DNA from: an uncultured bacterium
GTDB lineage: Bacteria; Fidelibacterota; Marinisomatia; Marinisomatales; Marinisomataceae
Length of the DNA stretch: 64,000 nucleotides
Direction of reading: 5' to 3'
Assembly (NCBI GenBank): GCA_905182795.1
Contig: CAJJCZ010000004.1
Span: 4,506 to 68,505, forward strand
In this document: piece after piece, positions 57,309 through 64,000 of the stretch
Numbering within the stretch: position 1 is the first letter of the stretch
How the letters are laid out: each line of letters starts with the position of its first letter
Notes under the pieces: model-generated
Database searches by the model: none
The model's input: the letters and a program-made list of their open reading frames with translations, nothing else
Told to the model about the DNA's origin: nothing
Position numbers and translations under genes: made by a program

Positions 57309-57817
57309 TTTCTCAATTTAGCCCTTTTATCCCTAAGCACAAATGGTAATAAAAACATATAAATACCTGATATACTAACAACAATTAAAAGTATCCCAGT
57401 AGGTAAAAACCATCCAAACTTTACATAATCTGTAAAGAAAGAACCGTCATGTACGGATTCAATAATATCTGATCTTCTATAATTCACTGAGAACACTTCT
57501 GCTGTCTGGCTATCTATTTGTATTTCCCAATGATTGTTTGATCTAATTTTTGCAATTCCCTTATCTGGACGAATATCAATACGATCTATATCATCCCATG
57601 AATTAATCTCTGCCTGAGGTATACTCTTTGCTGCATCCAAATAGCTAATAAGCATTGTAGGTTTATTGGCACTAACTTTTTCTATACTAGGCTGAATCCA
57701 ATTCGATTGTTTTTTCAGCTGTAGCAATACTCCTGTTGTAAAAATTAACATTACAGGAACAATAATAAACGGAGAAATCCAATAATGAATTTGTCTTATT
57801 TTCTTATTTAGCTTCAA
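57305..57817 (-). CDS. PepSY-associated TM-helix protein
   Basis: IRQIHYWISPFIIVPVMLIFTTGVLLQL, a periplasmic PepSY-like middle, and a C-terminal TM. Overlaps the downstream gene by 4 nt. Confidence 0.55.
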   Translation of the reverse strand: MKLNKKIRQIHYWISPFIIVPVMLIFTTGVLLQLKKQSNWIQPSIEKVSANKPTMLISYLDAAKSIPQAEINSWDDIDRIDIRPDKGIAKIRSNNHWEIQIDSQTAEVFSVNYRRSDIIESVHDGSFFTDYVKFGWFLPTGILLIVVSISGIYMFLLPFVLRDKRAKLRK

Positions 57818-57819
57818 AA

Positions 57820-59694
57820 TTATTTTAAAATGCTTTCTAGCTCATCCATCAAGAAGTTCATCTTTCTTGACACGGCTTCAAAAGGTTCAGATGTCGTCAT
57901 ATCTACTCCTGCTAAATTAAGCAGCTCTACAGGATAATCAGAACTACCACTAGATAGGAATGTAATAAAGTCATCAATTCCACCTTGGCCATCATTCTGG
58001 ACTCGTTCAGAAATTTTTTCTCCCGCGGCAAATGATGTCGCATATGCATACATATAATAGTTATAATAAAAATGAGGTATACGTGACCAAGAATATGCTT
58101 CTTCTTCTGTTATTTCCATACTTGGGCCCCAATATCTACTATACATCTCACCAAAACTAGTTGTTAGAAAATCTTCAGTTAAAATCTGGCCATTCTCTGC
58201 TGCTTCATGTATCAGTAATTCAAATTCTGCAAAGCGTGTCTGTCTATAGTATGTCGATCCAATATTTTGAATATAATTTTGGAGTAAAACAGCTTTCTCC
58301 TCATCATTCTCTACATTAGCTAGCAAATAATCCATAAGTAAAGACTCGGTAGTTACTGATGCTACTTCTGCATTGAATGTATCATATCCATAATATGGAT
58401 ATGGCTGATTCTTTTGACTCAAATAAGAATGGTAAGCATGACCTAGTTCATGAGCTAATGTAAAAATATCATCTAAAGTACCAGAAAAATTTAACTTAAT
58501 TCTTGGAGGTAAATCCCAAGTAGAAGACATATATGCACCACTTTCTTTTCCTTGGTTTTCAAATACATCAATTAAATTCTCACTATACATTTTCTCTGTA
58601 AATTTTTGTAATTCTCCGTCGTTAGCTTGCAATAATGGCTGTAAAGCTTCTAATACCATTTGCTGGCCTTCTTCATATGTATACTCTTTCGAAAAATCTG
58701 CGAGAGGAGCATATGTATCAAATGGCTTTATTTTATCTAAACCAAGAAGTTCAGCTTTAAGTTCTGCCCATCTATGCAAAGGTTGAAGATTATTATTTAC
58801 GCTCTTAACTAAATTTTTATAGATATCTGTGGATATTCCAGATCCTTTCATTTTAGCCTCTAGAGTGTTTTCATAGCCTCGTGCTTTAGCATAGAAAATA
58901 TGGCCCTCTACATTCCCTTTCATCAACACTGATGTTGTATTTAATGAATTTTTGAAAGGTACATATAGAGCTTTATACATATCTTCTCTGACTCTTCTAT
59001 CAGTTGACTTACTATATTTACCATACCTACCAGGAGACATCGTCAAATCATTTCCATTCTCGTCTTCAAATGTTCCCCATTTAAAATCTGTAGCTCTCAT
59101 TATATCATAAGCTTCATTAGGGACTCCAGATAGTTTTCCAGCCATCGTTAAAATTCTCTCTTCTTTTTCCGACAATATGTACGATTTAGCAATATACATA
59201 TCCTTAAAATCTTTCTCATAAACTCTTAATTTCGGCTCTCTATTCATAAAATCTTCTAACACGCTATAATCAGACTCGAGCATTTCAGGAGTATAGTATG
59301 CTGTCACTTCTCCTGATTTTATAGCCACATTTCTCACTCTTTGGACCATCTCTTGATATTGCTCATTAGTTAAATCTGCGTTTAGCGAATTTGATGCATA
59401 ATGATATAGTTTTCCAAAATATTGATTAATTTTCTCGCTTAACTTTATTGACTCTAAAAAAGTTTCAGGATTTGAAATCAGCTTACCCTTATAATTTCCC
59501 ATTCCAGGGTAAAGACTTTTAAGTTCTTCTAGATCGCGTTCCCATGCAGCATCTGTTGCATATACGGCTGTTAGATCCCATTTATACTTTGAATCAATTT
59601 CAGATCTTAGAGGTATTTCTAAATTTGATGAGTTATTATTTTCAGCACAAGACATAAGGATGAAAAGATAAAAAATAATTAGTCTAAAATACAT
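57820..59694 (-). CDS. pepF: oligoendopeptidase F (M3B), lipoprotein
   Basis: HELGHAYH zinc motif. The track ORF extends to 59817, but the ATG at 59694 gives MYFRLIIFYLFILMSC (lipobox). Confidence 0.85.
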   Translation of the reverse strand: MYFRLIIFYLFILMSCAENNNSSNLEIPLRSEIDSKYKWDLTAVYATDAAWERDLEELKSLYPGMGNYKGKLISNPETFLESIKLSEKINQYFGKLYHYASNSLNADLTNEQYQEMVQRVRNVAIKSGEVTAYYTPEMLESDYSVLEDFMNREPKLRVYEKDFKDMYIAKSYILSEKEERILTMAGKLSGVPNEAYDIMRATDFKWGTFEDENGNDLTMSPGRYGKYSKSTDRRVREDMYKALYVPFKNSLNTTSVLMKGNVEGHIFYAKARGYENTLEAKMKGSGISTDIYKNLVKSVNNNLQPLHRWAELKAELLGLDKIKPFDTYAPLADFSKEYTYEEGQQMVLEALQPLLQANDGELQKFTEKMYSENLIDVFENQGKESGAYMSSTWDLPPRIKLNFSGTLDDIFTLAHELGHAYHSYLSQKNQPYPYYGYDTFNAEVASVTTESLLMDYLLANVENDEEKAVLLQNYIQNIGSTYYRQTRFAEFELLIHEAAENGQILTEDFLTTSFGEMYSRYWGPSMEITEEEAYSWSRIPHFYYNYYMYAYATSFAAGEKISERVQNDGQGGIDDFITFLSSGSSDYPVELLNLAGVDMTTSEPFEAVSRKMNFLMDELESILK

Positions 59695-59736
59695 AGTAAA
59701 TATTCCTTCTTTGTTAGTTAAGATATAGATTAACAT

Positions 59737-60549
59737 ATTATAACGAAAAAAATTATCAAAGAAAATTATAAAATAGGTATAGCTCTTGGTGGTGGTGCTG
59801 CGCGAGGATATGCACATATTGGTGTACTCAAAGCTATCGATGAATTAAAAATTCCCATTGCTTTTATATCTGGAACTAGTATTGGATCTTTTATAGGAGC
59901 TTTATATGCATCTGGAAATCTTATTCAATTTGAAGAGGAAATCAGGAGTAAAAATAGCTTTATAAGAGATGTTTTGTTTAAGCTAGATCCGATCTATCCA
60001 AAATTGGCAGTAATGAATGGGAATGAAGTAATAAAAGTCTTTAAAAAACTTACCGATATAACCACCTTTGAAGAGCTAAATATTCCTCTCACTACAGTAG
60101 CAACAGATATTGTTAAAAATAAAAAAGTGGAATGCAATTCTGGAGATTTAATTAATGCCATCAAAGCCAGTATTGCTATTCCAGGAGTATTAAGTCCTAC
60201 CTATATAAATAATACACTTTGTGTCGATGGTGGGTTAATAGATCCTGTACCGTTAGAATCTGCGATTAATATGGGCTCAGATTATACTATAGCAGTCAAT
60301 CTTTATGGTTTAAAATCTTCTAAGAAACAAGATGAGAAATATAATATTATTGATATCATTGATCGATCAGCAAAAATTGTTTTAAATAATATTACTCACC
60401 TTAGTTTTAAACTAAATAAACCAGACCTGCTTATTGAACCTCCAATAGATCAATTTAAAGGCTGGGATTTTCATAAAGCAAAAGAACTAATTGATATTGG
60501 CTATGAAGAAGGAAAAAAATCTTTAATAGAAAGTAAGTTATTTATTTAA
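59737..60549 (+). CDS. patatin-like phospholipase (RssA-like) lacking a canonical start codon
   Basis: The frame is open from the stop at 59731-59733. IGIALGGGAARGYAHIGV (oxyanion hole), GTSIG (nucleophile elbow) and VDGGLIDPVP (catalytic Asp) are present. The first ATG/GTG/TTG in frame is TTG at 59974, downstream of the GGG and GTSIG motifs. Only ATT/ATA/ATC codons lie at 59737-59757. Confidence 0.65.
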   Translation: MITKKIIKENYKIGIALGGGAARGYAHIGVLKAIDELKIPIAFISGTSIGSFIGALYASGNLIQFEEEIRSKNSFIRDVLFKLDPIYPKLAVMNGNEVIKVFKKLTDITTFEELNIPLTTVATDIVKNKKVECNSGDLINAIKASIAIPGVLSPTYINNTLCVDGGLIDPVPLESAINMGSDYTIAVNLYGLKSSKKQDEKYNIIDIIDRSAKIVLNNITHLSFKLNKPDLLIEPPIDQFKGWDFHKAKELIDIGYEEGKKSLIESKLFI

Positions 60550-60652
60550 AATATTCTTCAGCGCATCTAAGAAGTAATTAACACAATCTTCCTTGCCTAC
60601 TTAAATGAACAGACTATTAATTTGTTATATTTTTTCTATAGATATAATAGTT

Positions 60653-61267
60653 CTATTCTGATAAAACTTCGCTTCTTTTAGCGATACGAACAGACATTTC
60701 TACTCTCTCAAGCGGATTATCATTTTGATCTTTTGCAACAGCTGCAATTTGATCAATGACGTCTAATCCATCTATAACTTTACCAAATACGGTATAGTTG
60801 TTATCTAAGAAATCTGGATTACCATGACAAACAAAGAATTGGCTTGAAGCACTATCAGGGTCATTGGTTCTTGCCATAGATAGAATTCCTTTTACATGAG
60901 GCGTATCACTGAATTCTTGAGGAATAAGCCAAGTACTTGGATCTTCTTCATTTCCAATACCAAAAAATTTACCTGCTCGACCACCCGTACCATGAGTAGC
61001 TTTATTCTCATTTCTAGAATTAGGATCTCCTCCTTGAATCATAAAGTCTGGAATGACTCTATGGAACGTAGTGCCATCAAAATATCCTTCATTGATTAGC
61101 GTCACAAAACTGTCGACATGCATTGGAGCGATATCAGGATAAAACTCTACCACCATATCTCCATAGTTTGTTGAAATTACTGCTACCTCATTTTCTTTTT
61201 CATAAGTCATAAATAATACCCCTATCACTAATAATGTTAATAATATTAATCCTAATGCTCTATTCAT
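60653..61267 (-). CDS. cyclophilin-type peptidyl-prolyl cis-trans isomerase, membrane-anchored/secreted
   Basis: FHRVIPDFMIQGGDP, SMARTNDPDSASSQFFV. N-terminal hydrophobic segment. Confidence 0.9.
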   Translation of the reverse strand: MNRALGLILLTLLVIGVLFMTYEKENEVAVISTNYGDMVVEFYPDIAPMHVDSFVTLINEGYFDGTTFHRVIPDFMIQGGDPNSRNENKATHGTGGRAGKFFGIGNEEDPSTWLIPQEFSDTPHVKGILSMARTNDPDSASSQFFVCHGNPDFLDNNYTVFGKVIDGLDVIDQIAAVAKDQNDNPLERVEMSVRIAKRSEVLSE

Positions 61268-62451
61268 CGCTTCACCTTTTCAACTTCCATTGTAATTGTT
61301 GGATGTTTTCTTGGTGCAAATATAGCATTTAATACTTCAAATTCTAAATTGAATTTTTCTAATTTTGCTCTTGTAATAACCTGCAATTCTACTGTTTCAT
61401 GAGCAGGAATTTCAATCACATCTATATCCATAAAGAAACTATAATCACTAATGTTCTTTAAAATGAATCTAGCGTCAGAATTATTTTTAATTTCTACGTA
61501 AGCTAAGTCTCTCTTATAGCTTGAATCATCATATTTATATTTAAAAGATTCGATTTCTAAGCTAGCATGAATTAAAGGAATCAACCATTCTTCTCTTCCA
61601 ATTAAACTGTTTTTATGCCAAACAACTGTCTGTCTATCAAATAAAGCTTTTTGGATTGATTTTTGATTTCTTTTTTTAGCAAAAACTAATGTAACTGGTC
61701 TATGGCCTCCGCTAGGAACTTCATACTCCCAATCAATAAATCCATGTATATCTGAGTTTCCCATGATTGTTAGATTATTATCTAGAGCAATCTGAAGAGC
61801 GCCATCAGAAAATTTTCCTCTATTAACCACTTCTATGCCGTGGAGTAGGCCTTTCTTAATCAATTCTTTGTGAATATCCTTTAGCTCCAATAAGCCATAA
61901 GGCTCTTGTCTTCTATATGGATGATTCCAGAAAGTAAAAGCATTTTGCTTTTTTGCTTCTTCAAAAAGTTCAATTGGATCTTCAATGATTAATGCATTAG
62001 CATCTGTAACAAAGATTGCATTACAGTGACCAAGTGGCATGCTTCTTGACAGTTCAATACCATGCACTAATATGAGATCACTTTTAACGGCACTTTCTGC
62101 AATGCTATAAGATCTATTTTTATCTGGGTTGGGTATGTCAGCGCCATTACCAGAATAATTAGGATCTTTATATAAATGATCTGTAATAGCTAAAACATCA
62201 AGCTGTTCTCTGTCAGCTTCTTCTACTCTAATTGTTGGCCATACATCTGCATCTGAAAACACAGTATGTGAATGAAAATCAGATACTAAAGTTAAATGAC
62301 CGTCAATATCAGGAAAATTAATTCCTTTATGAGAAGATAGCTCCTGCGCATTTAAAATTGCACAGCAACTAATAATAAACAATAGGATATTTTTATTACT
62401 CAAGATCTCTCGTGTATTGTTCAACGCCATCAATCTTACCATCAAGGTCAA
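61264..62451 (-). CDS. secreted PHP-domain phosphoesterase (Sb-PDE-like)
   Basis: DFHSHTVFSDADV...LAITDH...HGIE...GNSDIHG. The track start is TTG. The ATGs at 62442 or 62430 are equally plausible and precede the signal NILLFIISCCAILNAQ. Confidence 0.6.
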   Translation of the reverse strand: MTLMVRLMALNNTREILSNKNILLFIISCCAILNAQELSSHKGINFPDIDGHLTLVSDFHSHTVFSDADVWPTIRVEEADREQLDVLAITDHLYKDPNYSGNGADIPNPDKNRSYSIAESAVKSDLILVHGIELSRSMPLGHCNAIFVTDANALIIEDPIELFEEAKKQNAFTFWNHPYRRQEPYGLLELKDIHKELIKKGLLHGIEVVNRGKFSDGALQIALDNNLTIMGNSDIHGFIDWEYEVPSGGHRPVTLVFAKKRNQKSIQKALFDRQTVVWHKNSLIGREEWLIPLIHASLEIESFKYKYDDSSYKRDLAYVEIKNNSDARFILKNISDYSFFMDIDVIEIPAHETVELQVITRAKLEKFNLEFEVLNAIFAPRKHPTITMEVEKVKR

Positions 62452-62577
62452 AGAAGAATAGCCCTACTATATCTTTTGTTAATTTCATTTCTTAATTCTC
62501 TTTTCTTCCCTGATTAATTAAAGTAATACCAAACATTTTAATAAAAAAATCTTAGCATTACACTACTAAATATTAAG

Positions 62578-62650
62578 TGGAGCTGACAGGGATTGAACCT
62601 GCGACCTCATGAATGCCATCCACGCGCTCTACCAACTGAGCTACAGCCCC
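62578..62650 (-). tRNA. tRNA-Ala (anticodon GGC)
   Basis: Minus strand GGGGCTGTAGCTCAGTTGGTAGAGCGCGTGGATGGCATTCATGAGGTCGCAGGTTCAATCCCTGTCAGCTCCA. G3:U70 identity pair is present; CCA is not encoded. Confidence 0.9.
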
Positions 62651-62653
62651 AAA

Positions 62654-63313
62654 TTATTTATGATTTACCTTTTTCCAGTCTTTATCAAACTGATCAATCC
62701 CTTGATCGGTTAAATCATGTTTATACATTTCTTTCAAAATAGATGGTGGGAGTGTTACTATATCAGTACCAGCTATAAAAGCGTTTGTGACATGGTCGGT
62801 AGTTCGAATGGATGCAGCAAGAATTTCCGGCGGATGCCCAATATTACTTCTATCATAGATAGTTCGAATAGATTCTATTAATCCAATACCACTTAAACCA
62901 TTATCTTCGCAACGTCCTATAAAAGGTGATACATACTTTGCACCAGCTTTGGCACATAAAATTGCTTGAGTAGTAGAAAAAATAAGAGTCACATTTACTG
63001 GAATGCCTTTATCCGAAAGAAATTTACATACCTTTAAACCTTCTTCTGTACATGGTACTTTGATAGTGATATTAGAACTGATTGAATAGTATTGTTTTGC
63101 TTGGGATATCATCTCTTCAGCTGTATCAGCAACTACTTCAGCGCTAATACTTGAATCGTCAGAAAATAGTGCTGAAATATCCTTAATAACATCGATAGGA
63201 TCTCTACCTGATTGCATCATTAAGGTTGGATTTGTAGTTACGCCATCAATCATTCCTGTTTCAGAATGCTGACGAATAACTTCTACGTCTGATGTATCAA
63301 GAAAAATCTTCAT
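62654..63313 (-). CDS. tal: transaldolase / fructose-6-phosphate aldolase (short type 3B)
   Basis: MKIFLDTSDVEVIR...GVTTNPTLM...ITIKVP...NVTLIFS...SPFIGR. The track ORF starts 12 codons earlier; the ATG at 63313 matches the family N-terminus. Confidence 0.85.
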   Translation of the reverse strand: MKIFLDTSDVEVIRQHSETGMIDGVTTNPTLMMQSGRDPIDVIKDISALFSDDSSISAEVVADTAEEMISQAKQYYSISSNITIKVPCTEEGLKVCKFLSDKGIPVNVTLIFSTTQAILCAKAGAKYVSPFIGRCEDNGLSGIGLIESIRTIYDRSNIGHPPEILAASIRTTDHVTNAFIAGTDIVTLPPSILKEMYKHDLTDQGIDQFDKDWKKVNHK

Positions 63314-63365
63314 AGTGAGACAATTTAATAAAAAAAATTGTAAATACAATTTTAATGTGATGAAA

Positions 63366-63399
63366 TAAAAAAGGGCTATAAAATTATAGCCCTTTTTTT
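63366..63399. terminator. bidirectional-looking rho-independent terminator
   Basis: Stem GGGCTATA (63373-63380) / TATAGCCC (63385-63392) with a 4-nt loop, flanked by an A-run (63367-63372) and a T-run (63393-63399). It lies 48 nt downstream of the repeat-protein stop on the minus strand. Confidence 0.7.
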
Positions 63400-63446
63400 A
63401 ATCTGATAAGATTGAGATTAAGAAATTATCCGCGAGTTTCGCTGCC

Positions 63447-64000
63447 TTATTCTTCTCCGCCTTTACGTCTACAATTATCTTTCCATGCTTGTTTTATCTC
63501 TTTATAAGAATTCACTGTTAAAATACTACCATCTTCAAAGACAATATCAACAGGGAACACAAGTTCTGGTCTTTTTTTCTCTCCATCATAAGACTCAAAG
63601 AATGCTTTCATTTGCGTAGCTAAGTCTTCTTCATCTGATGCAGTAAGCGTTGATCCATCAGGCATTGTAAAGCTTACAGGAAATACAAAAGAGAAACATC
63701 TCTTGTCATTTTCTTCCCCTCTACATGCTTGAAATGCTTCTTTTAATTCCTCGTCAGAATTTACTGTTAAAATTTCGCCTTCTGCGCCTTCTTCTTCAGG
63801 TTTGAATTGTACTTGAATTGGAAACGTGAATGCTGGTTTTTCTTTAGCTCCAGTCGCTTTAAAATGCGCTTTTAATGTAGTGTGAAACTCTTTACCGTCA
63901 GCTACAGTATAAGATGATCCATCTGAAAATGAGAATGATAGTGGAAATACAAATCTAAAGCATTTTCTTTTTCCATGTCTTTTTCTATCATCACCGGCTC
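63447..64000 (-). CDS. tandem-repeat protein (about 44-aa units), N-terminus beyond the window edge
   Basis: The frame is open from 64000 to the stop at 63447-63449 by my own translation; the track shows only the last 72 aa. Units: KCFRFVFPLSFSFSDGSSYTV..., AFTFPIQVQF...ILTVNSDEELKEAF, CFSFVFPVSFTMPDGSTLTASDEEDL..., ELVFPVDIVFEDGSILTVNSYKEIKQAW. Confidence 0.7.
   Translation of the reverse strand, partial: AGDDRKRHGKRKCFRFVFPLSFSFSDGSSYTVADGKEFHTTLKAHFKATGAKEKPAFTFPIQVQFKPEEEGAEGEILTVNSDEELKEAFQACRGEENDKRCFSFVFPVSFTMPDGSTLTASDEEDLATQMKAFFESYDGEKKRPELVFPVDIVFEDGSILTVNSYKEIKQAWKDNCRRKGGEE

Noticed and set aside
62452-62489. 30-codon minus-strand mini-ORF (MKLTKDIVGLFFFDLDGKIDGVEQYTRDLE) overlapping the start of the PHP-phosphoesterase gene
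   Set aside because: It has no hydrophobic or leader-peptide-like features, and its position is explained by uncertainty in the downstream start (TTG 62451, ATG 62442, ATG 62430).
1-64000. CRISPR arrays, rRNA genes, IS elements, toxin-antitoxin pairs and recognisable defence-system genes
   Set aside because: No non-coding tract exceeds about 145 nt. I saw no spaced direct repeats, no transposase or reverse-transcriptase motifs and no nuclease/ATPase defence signatures when reading the ORFs.

Overview
AT-rich (about one-third G+C by eye), very gene-dense chromosomal segment from a Gram-negative bacterium. I count about 70 protein genes and 3 tRNAs (Ser-GCU, Gly-GCC, Ala-GGC). There is no rRNA, no CRISPR array and no intact mobile element. 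About 90% of genes are on the minus strand, and many junctions overlap by 1-14 nt or are separated by 0-4 nt. Most content is housekeeping: obg, icd, coaD, rsmD, dnaJ-grpE, ftsEX, nadD, bamD, glyA, rodA-mrdA-mreDCB, trxBA, tyrS, smpB, pepF, tal. Several markers suggest an FCB-superphylum-like lineage (Bacteroidota/Marinimicrobia-like): BamD, two PorV/FadL-like barrels, a GWxTD protein, a half-size glycogen-synthase-like gene beside a large lipoprotein, and a TatT-type TRAP transporter. I cannot confirm that lineage without a database search. The best candidate for an undescribed system is a seven-gene translationally coupled module at 1333-7945. It contains a long MutL/GlmL-family ASKHA ATPase with no glutamate mutase partner, a 374-aa protein with two lipoyl-like barrel motifs, a 90-aa hydrophobic protein and four integral membrane proteins, none of which I can assign to a family. 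Secondary points of interest:
- a GWxTD / beta-propeller / degenerate ABC-ATPase trio;
- tandem Ig-like lipoproteins, one with a Gly/Cys tail, next to a duplicated palindromic operator;
- a 5'-nucleotidase-like protein that appears catalytically dead, coupled to a PepSY-TM protein;
- a truncated integrase abutting tRNA-Gly;
- a patatin gene with no canonical start codon;
- an edge-truncated tandem-repeat protein.
Two coding regions are absent from or mis-bounded in the ORF track because they run off the window: lat at 1-1329 and the repeat protein at 63447-64000.
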